Assembly (NCBI GenBank): GCA_012026655.1
Contig: JAAILG010000753.1
Location: forward strand, 1 to 64,000
Direction: 5' to 3'
Length of the DNA: 64,000 bases
Origin: Hydrolagus affinis
Taxonomy: Eukaryota
Within the stretch, counting starts at the first letter, position 1. The number at the start of each line of letters is the position of its first letter. Positions 1 to 12,490 of the stretch are shown here, piece by piece. The notes beneath the pieces were generated by a model. It ran no database searches. It saw nothing but the letters and a program-made list of their open reading frames with translations, and was not told the DNA's origin. Position numbers and translations under genes: made by a program.

Positions 1-46
1 CGCCGTCGAGCGACTTCACCTCGCCGTCGAGCGACTTCACCTCGCC
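1..46. repeat. 21-bp tandem repeat (CGCCGTCGAGCGACTTCACCT), at least 2 perfect copies
   Basis: Directly visible; truncated by the window edge. Confidence 0.9.
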
Positions 47-410
47 CAGGGCCGCCAATGATGAAATGCCCGTGTTCAGGTGGACCTGCCCCAGCTCCCC
101 GCAGACGCACAGTGTGGTGTGTGGCTCTGCATCCTGCATCCTGTAAAAGCGGCCCAAACCTCGGTAGCGGTCTCGGTGGTGGTTGTGATAACGGTTGCGG
201 CGGTGCACAATTCTCTCCCTCTGCTCCGCGGGCTGCTCTATGAGTTTGTCCGTGGAAGTCGCTAGTTTGGGTTTTAGTTACTGATTTGCGATCCTCCTCA
301 GCAGTTTGGGTGAAGGAGGGGAGGGGAAAGGAGGGGAGGGGAGGGAGAGGATGGAGGGGAGGGGAGGAGAGGGTTAGAGACACCTCTTCAAATCCGCGCC
401 ATCTTAGATA
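1..410 (-). mobile_element. Probable 5' end (5' UTR plus start of ORF1) of a young LINE, running off the left edge
   Basis: CpG-rich. The minus strand begins ...AAGATGGCG (405-397, YY1-type motif), followed by a pyrimidine tract. An ATG at 139 opens MQDAEPHTTLCVCGELGQVHLNTGISSLAALGEVKSLDGEVKSLDG. It abuts a head-less SINE at 411. Confidence 0.55.
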
Positions 411-630
411 CACACACGCCTAATAATAATCCCTCCAAAAAAAAAACAATAATAAAATTGGTCATTTCAATCCACGACTGTTTGTGGGAACGCTGCTGTG
501 CGCAATAGGATGCAGCGTTTCGCCCACAAACGTACAGTCAATTCACTTTACAATGTATTCTGTGAATCGCTTTGAGACGTCGATAAGATGTAAAAAGCGC
601 TAGATCAAATGCAAGGATTATTATTATATA
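411..630 (+). mobile_element. tRNA-derived SINE, body and tail only
   Basis: Matches the full copies from cacacgcctaataataat to gcaaggattattatt. Confidence 0.9.
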
Positions 631-2030
631 TAAGTTATTATTATTATAAGTCGGTAAGAATTAAAACTGCATTCATCTTATGGTAATACTGTACTGTGGG
701 CAAACAAAATGTGAAAACACTGAATATGGTGCAAAAAACTACAATTGGGGAATAACCCAAGCCACAGCTACCTGCTATTTGACAATGAACATCTGGATTG
801 TCAGCTGGCCTGGTGCATTGTTTAGGAGTCAGAGGTTACAATTAAGACTCCCAAGTGTTCCTGAGCATTGGGTATCAATGCGCATTAACTTTTGATGTTT
901 TTTTTTCCATGTCCTAATTAGTAGCACGTTAAAACTGCACTTGTTCGGCAGCACTATGGGACGCAGCATGCCACTTTTACACCAATTAGGAAAAAAAAAA
1001 CTTCCACCTGTTAAACGGGCAATGAACAAAAAGCGTTGAACGAGAACAAAAGTCGGATTTCTTAAGGTACCACCAACTCTTTGAGTTAAGAATTTGGTGG
1101 CAGCAAACAGGTTCTAGCTTCCACTCATCAAGGTTGCTCAAGTCGTTTCAGCAAGTACATTTTTGGCTGTTTCTGTGATGACATGGAATTTGTCACTGGA
1201 CTTGGGAATTACGCTGACCTGAGTATTTATTATTTCTGATCTACATCCGTGGAACAGCTTCTTGTTGCTTGTCGCTGTATGTGATTTGGAGTTTCAGATC
1301 CTGATTACAAATGTTGCATTGAGTTCCCGTCAAGTAACATTTACTGAAATCTTCCGGGCTACGGTGTTTAAATGTGCATCATTATTATTTCTGCATAAGT
1401 GCAACAGTTTTTCTCATTCATTTCTGTGGACGTTTGCTCTGTATTATAATGCGATGTTGTTTGTGTTTGTAGCTTTGGTCCAGAATGAATTGGGATATAT
1501 TGATGATCCACTGTTACCTTTGCTACTGCTAATCTGGTAATTGTTCACAAACAGTTTGGCAATGTATTAAGTCTTTTGGTTTTCATCTCCAAAATACTTC
1601 ACACATGAAAGGCGCTGTATAAATGCGAGTTATTGTTGTTATTATTTTAGTAATGACTGAGAACCATTAAAGGAAGTAGCATTTATTTTCTGCGACTTCC
1701 AAAGAGGTCAGTTTACAGTTGTTTTAATGTTCAAATAAATATAGATAATAAGAATAATATAAAATAAACAAGAGCTGTTTGATGACTGCTGCCAGGGCTC
1801 ACTAAAAGAAATAATTAAAATTAAGTTGCATGCTTGAGATGAATGCACTATCATTACAGCGTTACTCCACAACATTAATCTCAGAATAAAATCTCAGAAG
1901 AATGGATAATTGGTGCTGTATATAGTGGTTGTAAAAATACGCCTGTCCTCATAGAACTGAAGCTGAATTTCAAAAATCAAATCCATATAACATTTTCATT
2001 AACACTGTTACTGCAGAAATCCTTTCACAT

Positions 2031-2286
2031 TTATAATAATCCTTGCAATTTGATATAGCACCTTATCACCTCATCTGTGAAGCGCTTTGAGACGTCTCAA
2101 AGACGTGATAAGGCACTAAACAAGTGTAATTTGGTTGTTGTTATATCAAATGCAAGGATTTTTATTATTGAAATGTTGCAAAGCTCTTCACAGACTGTAT
2201 TGTAAAGTGAATTGACTGTATATTTTACGGGTGAAAATCAGCAGTCAGTTGTGCACCACAATGTCCCACAAGCAATCGTGGATTGT
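2031..2286. mobile_element. Minus-strand SINE 3' half interrupted by a plus-strand tail (2075-2169)
   Basis: Reverse tail at 2031-2074, forward ctgtgaagcgctttgagacgtc...gcaaggatt, then the reverse body resumes at 2170. Confidence 0.8.
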
Positions 2287-3372
2287 TCCATTCAGTGGAG
2301 TTTTCTGTATACAGTAATACTACAGTAATAAATCTTTATAAGAATTACACAGTTTTAGAGGCGAACATGAAAAGAGTAAAGCAAAGTTGGACCGTTAACT
2401 AAAGAACAACAATAAAGAACAAATAATTCACTTTTACCTTTGGCTCAGACAAAAGTGATTTTGTTTCACTGTTCTAGGCTGACGATGAACAAGTGAAGGA
2501 TTCACCTTTGACCGCGTGCCATTACGAAAAAGAATTGAACATTCAAATGTTTCGGTAAAACTTTCATCTGTTTTGATAGCTTAGCGGAAACAGTTTGTGG
2601 CATCTAAGAAAGTTAAAGTGCATAATGGCCTTTCAGTAAATGAAATGCAGCTGAATTGCCGCTGCACTGTCTAAAGTAATCCACGTGACAACAAGTCTTT
2701 GATGTCAATATATCCATTTTTTTTTCCAAACCAACATTAAAGTAAAATCCATTTTAAAGCTGACTTGAAAGTGAAAATTAAATGGCCCCATTGCGGCACT
2801 TCATGCGCGCAATCTGACTTAAAGTGGATGCATTACCTCTTTTGTAGAAGCACTTAAAACACATAATTGTAGTCTATTATGGTGTGTCTAAAAGTGTAAA
2901 AAATGGTCCTTTACGTAGAATACTTCTTTTTTGAAAGCATTGAATACACTGAACAGTAAAGTTTGCCTTTTGTTGGAGCATAAAACATGCTGACTAGTTT
3001 ACTGGAAAAGGTCTTCCAATTACTTGTAATAAATTGGTTGGCAATTACAAGCCTAATAATACAGTGCAATTCTACATTAAATATAGTTATTGCTTTAGAT
3101 TTATTTTTTGCTCTTTCGCTATCCTTATATTCCCTTGCCAACACAGACAGTCGGTTCTGTGATCACAGCTCTGTGCTACACTCCTTAACCACAGCCTTGA
3201 ATCTTTCCTACCCAACCTCTCCAATTTGGGGTTTACAGCTATTGTACTGGAGTCAGAATGGAATACATCAACTGATTGGGGAGGTTAAACACTGTGCTGC
3301 TTGCTTTCGCTAAAAAACTTTATATTCCAACATACCTACTACTTACAGTCTCTCGTAACTCTCATAGTCTCA

Positions 3373-3669
3373 CGCATTTGATGTAGAGATTTTCACGTCT
3401 TCTAGACGTCTCAAAGCGCTTCGCAGAATTTACTGTAATATGAATTGACTGTATATTTGTGGGCAAAAAGCTGCAGCCAGTGGCACACAGTAGCGTCCCA
3501 CAAACAGTCGTAGATTGAAATGACTTATTTATCATTGTGGGTTTTTTCGTGGGATTATTGTTAGGCGTGTGGAGTAGGGAAACATCCTCAAGGCTTCGCC
3601 CTGCCTGGATTTGAACCCGGGTTTCTCGCTTGCAAGGCGAGTGCTCTAACCACTGAGCTACAGGACTCC
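3373..3669 (-). mobile_element. Full-length tRNA-derived SINE
   Basis: Reverse complement reads GGAGTCCTGTAGCTCAGTGGTTAGAGC (A box)...GGTTCAAATCC (B box), then the shared body and tail. Confidence 0.92.
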
Positions 3670-4906
3670 GAACATACACGTGACATACACAGTCACACAC
3701 ACTCACATACACTTTGCCTCCACCTAGTTGTGTTTCGGAGAAATTCCTCACATTGCTGGATAAGGCCAATGCTTCACATTTATGCAAGCAGGTGGCATTT
3801 GGTTTAGCTGCACCTGCCTGCAGTCATTGCCAGTCAAGATGTACGTTCTGTCTTCTCTTCACATATGTGGGGGAAGTGGCAAGTCGGGGCGGGTGGAGGC
3901 ACATCAGGTATTGCTGCGCTGTCTGATGCGGAGATGGGAAAAGGAACAACAGAACAATTCCAAATTAGGTAATTTAAATGAGCCTCATCTCGTTTGATTG
4001 AATTTCATGGCTAGTTTAAGGGTTTAAGTCCCACAGTAAGAGTTGTGTGTGATTAATAGACACCGCGTTCTAATTCAAATCCACTGCAATTTTCTCGTCT
4101 TTTATCCTCTCCTCAAAGCACTGAATCTTGCTTGGTTGATAACATGACCATCAAAAACAAAAGAGAGAAAAGAATTGCTCACCTCCTTTTAAAATGTTCT
4201 TGATGAATTAAGAGATGCCCATGCAAGCATGTGGTTAATTCTGGGCTTATTCATTTGAAGCATCAGATAGTTTAGCTACATCCTGTGGACCTTGTCTATT
4301 GCTGTTCAATTTACAAGATCTGTTCAATCAACCCTTCTGGGCTCTGGGCTGAGCAAAAGAGGCTGCCAAGCAGAATCAGCTAACGATTCAAGGGTCTCAG
4401 CAATTAAATCAAAGGTCTGCATCCAGCTAAAGCCTTGGTATCTAGTATTGCTTGCTGTACACAGTATTAACGTGTTATTGAACAGAGCTATCGCAAGTAT
4501 AATTTTTTGTTGTTGAAATTTTGCCGGCTGGATAAGATTCCGCTGAAGGTGTACTGTAGTTACAAGGACATATATTGGAAAAATTGACTGTGTGTGTCTG
4601 TGTCTGTGTGTGTGTGCACACCACGCAACATGCCCTAGAGGACAATGTGTCTAAGGTGTTGGACTAATGCAAATGTAATGAGCTTCAGTCTGCTGAGCAA
4701 CCTTCATCGTAAACAACTGCATATGTTGATGCAGATTATCACTGGATTTATCACCGAATCAATGTTTGTTTCTTCTCATTCCTCGTTGCATACTGCGCGG
4801 TATCTGTTTGCCCGACAAATTCAGGATCTTAACCGAGATTACGTTTTAATGCTGTTCTTTTTTGCTTAATTGTTTCTGAAAAGCAATTTTCTCTCTTTTT
4901 AAAACG

Positions 4907-4927
4907 CACACACACACACACACACAC
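4907..4927. repeat. (CA)n microsatellite
   Basis: Directly visible. Confidence 0.9.
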
Positions 4928-5359
4928 GCGCAATACTGTGAAGCAAGGTGAACAATGCAAGTCCTGGAAAACACCTGACTGTGATTTGCATCCAGTCTCA
5001 CTACTGAGCACTCCCAGATGAGAAATAACACCAATTAGATGTGAAGCACCTTCTGTTCTGTCCCCACAACATACCTAGAGCTCGAGCTTTCAAAAACAAT
5101 GCTTCCTGGAATAGTCTGAATGAGACAGATTCAGGATTCACCCCCCACCCCCTCTCCATTCCCACCCTGTGCTGTCAATGCTGATGTCCATAAGGCTCTG
5201 GCCAATTCTCTCACCTTCCAGTTTGTGCATCGAGACTTTCGACTCCCAGGATAGGCAATGCTCTGCTTTGCTCTGATTATTTTGTGCAGCTAAAAAGCCT
5301 CCCGTCTCGCTAAGTATCTCACTGTTGTCTTGCCTCGTATCTGTTGGCGGGGACTTGAG

Positions 5360-5485
5360 CTGCGCGCAAATTGGCTGCTGCGTTTGCCTATAAACACACA
5401 GTCGCTACACTTGGTAGTGCTTCACTGTGAAGTTCTTTGAGACATTTGGACATTACAGGTGCTGCATAAAATGCGAGACTTATTT
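5360..5485 (+). mobile_element. Older SINE fragment (Deu-domain-like core and tail)
   Basis: tgcgcgcaaattggctgctgcgtttgcc...ctgtgaagttctttgagacat; related to the SINE body but more diverged. Confidence 0.6.
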
Positions 5486-5706
5486 GTACGTCGTTACTAT
5501 TATAAGTGGAAGTCTAAAGCTCTGACCTCCGAGCTGCATGGAGAATGTGTGACCCAGAGTCATGGCGTTGGGAAGGCTGACGCTTGGGGCTGTGTGGGGT
5601 GGAGTGGTGGGTGAGATGCGAAGGAGCGACAGGGGATTCACATCCGAGTGTTTGTTATTTGACGTTTTAGCAATTTCTACCTTGAAAACTGCACATTCAA
5701 CCCCCG

Positions 5707-5830
5707 AATAAATAAATAAATAAATAAATAAATACATTTGATATAGCCACCACCTTTCATGTCAAGAGGACATTTTGAAAGTGCTTCACAGAGTACTCTG
5801 CAAAGTACAATGACTAATTTGCGAGCATTT
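5707..5830 (-). mobile_element. Degraded SINE/L2 tail ending in (AAAT)n on the plus strand
   Basis: (aaat)n followed by acatttgatatag...aagtgcttcacag. Confidence 0.6.
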
Positions 5831-7374
5831 TTTGTGCTGTGCACTCTTGTACATTTGAAGCTTAGTTAATATCCCTCAAATTATTAGGACATTCACAGCT
5901 GTCATTTGAAGTGGATTTTTATCCCATTAGTCCAGGCGAGATTTAAACTCCCACCCTAGAGGTGAAAAGCCACCATGTTCTCTCCACAGCTTTTTTGTCT
6001 GATATGCTTCTTGGCTGCGATGAGGATTAAAGTCTTAAACCTGTGTAGAATGGGGTAGGAGCCCAGTCAGATTGGTTTTCTTTTCCGTAAGATATGTTTC
6101 AGGTTATTAAAGCATGAATAAAACATACAGCAGCTATGGTTTCTTGCAGATATCAAAAGAAAGAGGTGACAAGTGAGGGCGGGGGGGGGGGGGAGTGGGG
6201 GGGAACATAATTTTCCCCTTCCTCTACACATCACTTATTTTTTTTTAACCGAGCTTGTCAATTATTGTGGCTGGAAGCATACAACTGATTTTAAAAGGGT
6301 TTCTTTACACAGATTTTGCACAAGCATTCAGATACCCTTGGGACCTTGCAACCGTCTTACAGTATCACACTCCAGTACTTACTAATGATTGCCTTTTTTT
6401 TGCCATTTTATTTTTTAATCAAGTTATTGGTGCTGTTTTTTGAAGTGAGAAATGCGTCGTTTACACATGATTTATGCTACCGCTTGCCTATTTATCAGGT
6501 CACTCAACATGTAAAGCTTCCATTAATATCCAGCGTTCATGCACAGTATTTACATAATTGGAACCAGTGTGTGTGTGCATGGTGCACTGGAGAATTTTTT
6601 TTAAAAATGTAGTATGACTGAAATGTGATGGTGGGGGTGGTGGGAGGGGATTTGCACCTGTTCCTGCAACAACCTCAGATACAAAGCGGAGAAAAACGCT
6701 GTTTAATTTTCAGGCCAACATTTTTCTGGTAAATTAAACACCAGCATCAATTTGCAAGACGTGCTTAGAGTAATGGCTACCATGCTGATTAGACACTGAG
6801 GGAATTAATTAATGGGAGGCAGCTCTTTATTGCTGAAAATACTTGGTGGTGGAGAAGAGGGGAGGGACCAGGAATTATTGCTGCTTTGTTGTGTTTTTAA
6901 AAGCTATTTGTTGCTCAGTTTGCTCTTTGCCCTTGGCGCAGTGCTCTTGTTAATACAACTCCTTAAACGCTAGCATCACTAGAGGGTGCAGATATATTAA
7001 ACCTATTCTAAATTTCTTGGGTGCAATTCGAACAGTTTAAAGATCATCCAAACAAAATTATCGGGAGATTCTTTGCTGGTTGAAAGGCAATCGAGAATTT
7101 TCGTATGATTTACACGGAGCAAATTTTAAAATTCAAGATGGTTGTGATGTCAAGGCTAGTTGTGGCGAAAAACAACTTGTGCCGTAGGTGTAAAATGTAA
7201 TGTGTGATGTCCTGATTATACCACTAAAGTGCGTGGGGTACATCATAATCCCATAATAATGTAGGTGTGTGATGCCAAGTGTGTAAACTCCAGTCGTATG
7301 ACGTGAGCGGTGTGTGTGTATAGTTGTGTTGGTCGATGAACAATGTAGTGATTGGCAATGCGTATCTGTTTCAG

Positions 7375-7530
7375 ATTCGGTCGGATAAGGACAAGGAGAT
7401 TCAGATTCGATACAGCGTCACTGGACCAGGAGCTGATCAGCCCCCAATGGAGATCTTTAGCATTGATCAGGTGGCTGGCAGAATGTATGTAAGGCGACCC
7501 CTGGATCGAGAGGATATTGCTTCGTTTCAC
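7375..7530 (+). CDS. cdh4: cdh4 coding exon (exon 5 equivalent), EC1
   Basis: tttcag|ATT...CAC|gtaaga; [52 protein letters not shown]. Confidence 0.96.
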
Positions 7531-7659
7531 GTAAGAGATTCGATCCTTCCCCCTTTTTTTTTGTTATTTTCCAACTGTTTTTTTCAATTGAAATCATTTA
7601 TCGTGTCTGGACATTCAAAAACGACCTCAGTGCTTGGAAAATCAAATAGGCAAACCTTT

Positions 7660-7880
7660 ATTAATAATTAATAATCCCTCAAAAAAAATTACAGTGATTT
7701 GGTTACTCAATCCGCAACTGTTTGTGGAACACTGATGTGCGCAATTGGCTGCCACATTTTTCCCACAGAATACACAGACGCTACATTTTAAAATATATTC
7801 TGTGAAGCGGTTTGAGGGCAGCTCAACAACAAGATAAGGTGCTTTATCAAATGCAAGCATGACTAAGTATTATTACTTTC
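7660..7880 (+). mobile_element. SINE body and tail
   Basis: taataatccctc...tgtttgtggaacac...tgtgaagcggtttgag...tcaaatgcaag. Confidence 0.85.
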
Positions 7881-10829
7881 ATTTCATCTGCCTGTCTGTC
7901 GTTCCTTTCCCCTGCCCTCACAATTTATGTGTAATATTAAGGTGTGAAAAGATTTCATGAAACTGTATTTATGGATTTTATCCGCAAATCTAAGGGAAAA
8001 TTGCTGGATAGCCAGGAAAAAAAAATCGCTGAAGGGGTAAAATAGATAGTGGTATGATTTATTTACCCGAGGTCCAACCAGAAGGAAAACGTTCTTCAGC
8101 TTCAGAGAGCAATGTATCATTGGGGACCTTTTTGAGGTAAACACTTCACAGGATTGAGAAAGTCTTCCCAAAACAAACACTTCCATATGTATCGAGGCTG
8201 AAGGACAACAAAGCCCGGGTTAAAGAGCTGCGAGGGTAAATTTGTAGAGTGGACGCTAGGAGCATTTTATTCACGTGGTATTATTTAATCATTTCTTCAC
8301 GTGGATGTTAATCAATCACTAGAACAGGTTGTGAGTCAGGGTGTTTGAGTGCAGGCCAGTTGAGAAACAGTTTGATGGTGGCAGTGAGTAAATGGTAGAT
8401 TGGTATTCCGGAAGAATTCAATCCCATGGTCCAAAGGGTCTTCTATATCAGAAGCTCTGTTCTGCCACCTTCCTTCTTTCCTTGAAAACAAATGTACAAC
8501 CAGGTTTGTGATTTCGGGCCACATTTCCTGCTCCAATTTGAGGTACTCAAGAAAGAGATTTCAGATCACCGCTAACATGATAAGTGGGACATTATGTTGT
8601 TTAGAGAAATATTTGCAAATTGATGGACGGTATGACCTACTTTCTCTCTGATTCCACTCTGTTCCTTACCAGCGTGTTCTTTTAATCTCGCAGATATGAA
8701 AGTCTGCATGGCGGAGCGCGAGTGTAATCATTTCTCACCTGACTAACATTGGAAAATGTTTTTTTAGGCTTCAGATGTATCGATCTTCAGAAGTGCGTGC
8801 ACATGTAGAAAGAACGAATCAGAAAAGTTGGCGGCTTCAGTTCAGCAAACGATAAATAAGAGGGATAATTTGGGATATTAATTTACATAAATTTACATAG
8901 ATTATAGTTGAACCGAAATTAAATGAGCAGTATGGCGTTTCGAATTCAGAGGAAAGGATTACTGTTGAGCAATTATAAGCATATAAACATTTTGAGGAGT
9001 TCACTTGCTGCTGTGAACTATGAAAGTGAAGCTCAAAACTTTTATTTTCATCTCACCCCCACAATACAGTTGTGTTAACTGTAATCCCTCCCACTATTAA
9101 TAAAACGTAACCATTAAAAGATTGAACGATTGAACTGCACTTTGAAACTAGCCATTTTATTGTACAGACCCCGCACAAAACAAAAAAACGAGAGATGTCG
9201 TTTGCATAATGAAACCTCAGCTGGGAAGCCATTTCACTGAATTTGTGAACCAAAGATAAACGATATTATAAATAATAATGAGTAAATGATTCTTACATTT
9301 GGTACGGCGCCGCATCACGTCGCTGAGGCATCTCAAAGCACTTCACATGATATATACTGTACAATAAGAAAAGGCTTTGCTTCTGGTTATTGAATTGCCA
9401 TTTTGTCACAAAGTCAAGTTATTGATTCTGCCCGCCATCAATGCCCCAGCCCCCCCCCACCCCACCCCCCCCCCCCTCCCACTTTCTCTTTGTCAGTCAC
9501 GTTTAGGTAGAATGATTGCTCTCAGCTCTATTGTTGTATTTTGTAATGCAGTTAAATATTTACCTGCTGTTTTAGTTCCGTGTATTTAAATTTATTTTGC
9601 TGTTCTCTCCCTCATCATTTTCTTGACCTCAGCAAAGTAATGAGTGTAAATTTGTTTTGTTTTTTAAAAACATACTGTTATCGCACAAAAACACACAGTC
9701 ACTACACTTAACAATATATCCTTTGGAACATTTTGAGATGTCTACCCAGCGTGAAAGGTGCTATACCAAAGCTATACCTAATCATTAATATTATTATTAA
9801 TAATGTGGGTTATTATGCCTCACACGTAGCATTAATAAAGCTTTTATACGCCTTCAACACCGACACAGAAAATATATTTTCAACTTAATAAAATAGTTAT
9901 CATTTTACAGTAAGTTACAAATAAAGATAAGTAGCTTGACTGACCATTGTGACTTGCCCTTTTATCAAGCTAACTGTCTTTGCTTTCAGCTCTTCTGAAT
10001 TCCCAAGCTTTCTCATTGCTTAATTTGTCACTTCAGTAACTTGATGCTTTATTGAATTGTTGTCAAATTTAATGCACGCTTTTTCCTCCTCTTTGACTGT
10101 CATATTTCAAATTAGACACTTGGGGAATCAATAGCTCAATAAATCCTAACATGTCACCCACAATAACAAAATTATGAGGCTTATTCTCATCAGATTCTGA
10201 ATGTCTTAGGAATTCTGTTCGGAATTAGGTATATTATAAAATCAACGTCCTCCAAATAAATTGAGAATAGTCGAAAGGAATTTAATACAAACTCCGTTGG
10301 AAATTCATCTATTTTCCTGTGGGTGGGGGGTGGGAGGGGGCTTTTATACTTTTATATATATATATACATATATACATATATGTATATGTATATGTGTGTG
10401 TCACCTTTCAAGGTTATGCTGGATCATTCCCTGTTGTGAAGGTTTCTTCATACAGCAGTATATGATCCAAATTCGGGAAGGTGTCCAGAATTGACCTAGG
10501 GTGGAATTTGCTTTTGTTGCCTTTTTTGAGCAGAATCCTAGATGGTGACTTGCCTCAGTGTGTGTTTTTTTTGCCCTTATTTATCTTTCTGCTCACCCAT
10601 TGACCTGAACCCACATCACTTCTTCCTTCAAGACTCCATGATCATGTTCAATTCCATGTCTTTTGCCCTCAGTTTCTTTCTGCGTTGTCTCCCTTACCAC
10701 TCAAGGGAAACTATTTTCATAGCAATGATATTTCTTTATCTGTTCGATTGCATATTCTGCCTTCCAAAAGCTTAAGAGTTGAACAAGGTACTTTTCTGTT
10801 ATTGATAAGTATATTTCCAAAAATCTTGA

Positions 10830-11112
10830 GGAGTCCTGTAACTCAGTGGTTAGAGCACTCACCTTGCAAATGAGGGAACTGGGTTCAATTCCAAGCAGGG
10901 CGAAACCTTCGGCAAGTTTCCTTACTCGAAAAAAACAATAATAAATTGGTCATTTCAATCGACGACTGTTTGTAGCACACTTCTGTGCGCAATTGGCCGC
11001 CACATTTCTCCCACAAATATAGAGTCAATTTAATTTACAGTATACTGTATTCTGTGAAGTGCTTCGAGATGTCTAGAAGACGTGACAGGCACTATCACAG
11101 AAGGTAAGGACT
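10830..11112 (+). mobile_element. Full-length tRNA-derived SINE
   Basis: ggagtcctgtaactcagtggttagagc...gggttcaattcc, then the body and tail. Confidence 0.9.
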
Positions 11113-12088
11113 TAATGTCTGTCACTATGTTCAAGGGAAACCTAATGAAAAGTGAATGTGCCATCTAATGTGTGGTCTTCAGATTGTCCCTTTTCATCAA
11201 GTTGATGCAGGAGAATTATTCAATTACCCTGATACATTCAGCGTATTATTTTGTTCCCCACTGTTGAGGAACTGGAAGAGTCTTGGGTTAAGTAATTCGC
11301 CAGCGTATTACCCACTGACACCATGCAGAGGACTCAGTCAGCACTCTCTAGATATAGCAACTGTGAGGCAGGTGCCAAGGGAATTCTTGATTTGGAGCTT
11401 TAACATCTTGAACCAAGCAAGTTCCTTTTTATGATTGAGGCATCTAGCCTTGTGCCACTATCTGTTTCTGTGGACTCTGTGCTTGTGACAAGCTCCTGTG
11501 AATACACTCCGCGAGTTTCTTACCTTTGAAACCTTTTGGACAGATTTGAGAAAGTAAGGTGAATCTGGGTTCTAAGCAACAGGAAGTGAGTGGCTGTCGT
11601 TGAAAAAACATGGGAAACAAATCCTCTCATCTCCATGTTAGTCAATTCAAAGCGATAACACTCCATCATTGAATATTTCTTTGGGATTGCTATATTCATT
11701 TTTCTATTTCCCTGAATCCAATTCGGAAGAATGAAACAGGAATTCATTAGGATGTAATAGGAAATCGGCTGTTTTAGTCAATGTCTGCTTGTATCACAAT
11801 GCTCTTTTTTGATTGCCTTTGATGGATCGATCAGCTTGCACTGCACTACGTAATCATTATTTTTTATTCATCTTCAGACTTCATCCCATTCTCGCACTTC
11901 TGACCGACACATCGTCAAATGTAATTCGATGCACTCTGTTTGACTATGAAGTTGGGAATAGAGAACAACACCAATTATTGGATTCTTACCATTTGATGTC
12001 TCTTGTACGAGTGAAATGATTGTTTGGCAGATGTTGAATTTGTGTGACGTAAATCATTTCAATCGTATCTTGGCTTCTTTATTTGCAG

Positions 12089-12233
12089 CTCCGAGCGCAT
12101 GCAGTGGACATGAATGGAAACAAAGTGGAAAACCCAATTGACCTTTACATCAATGTTATTGATATGAATGATAACAGGCCAGAATTTATGAACCACTTGT
12201 ACAATGGAAGTGTGGCCGAAGGATCCAAACCAG
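12089..12233 (+). CDS. cdh4: cdh4 coding exon (exon 6 equivalent), EC1/EC2 with HAV motif
   Basis: ttgcag|CTC...CCAG|gtaaaa; [48 protein letters not shown]. Not present in the ORF track on this strand. Confidence 0.96.
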
Positions 12234-12329
12234 GTAAAATGCGAAATAACCAATGAATGAAACTCTTATTGCATGAGCCTCCAGTGCAGTTCCAGCTTAC
12301 CATTTTTGCTCATCCGTTTAGTATTGTAA

Positions 12330-12490
12330 CTAATCCTTACATTTGATATAGCGCCTTTATCATGTCTTCAAGATGTCTCAAAGCGCTTCACAAAATATGC
12401 TGCAAAGTGAATTGACTGTATACGTTTGTGGGCAAATCGCGGCAACAATGTTCCACAAACCGTCGTGGATTGAGTGACCAAAATTATTTT
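12330..12490 (-). mobile_element. SINE 3' half
   Basis: aatccttacatttgatatagcgcc...tctcaaagcgcttcac...gtcgtggattga. Confidence 0.85.

Noticed and set aside
1-46. Possible CRISPR-like direct repeats
   Set aside because: The units are head-to-tail with no spacers, the context is eukaryotic, and there are no cas genes.
58-265. Plus-strand 61-aa ORFs
   Set aside because: No recognisable domain; they are antisense to the more interpretable minus-strand heptad ORF.
3595-3669. tRNA-Ala(TGC)/tRNA-Val(TAC)-like genes here and at 10830, 25061, 30484, 44444, 48597 and 61373
   Set aside because: Each is fused to the same ~230-nt body and (TTA)n tail, lacks a proper acceptor stem and diverges randomly. 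These are SINE heads, not tRNA genes.
8050-8720. Possible degraded CR1 3' region (similar hints at ~9940-10130, 10600-10800, 19850-19960, 58150-58400 and 63860-63960 for CR1/L2)
   Set aside because: Only vague resemblance; boundaries and family cannot be supported without RepeatMasker.
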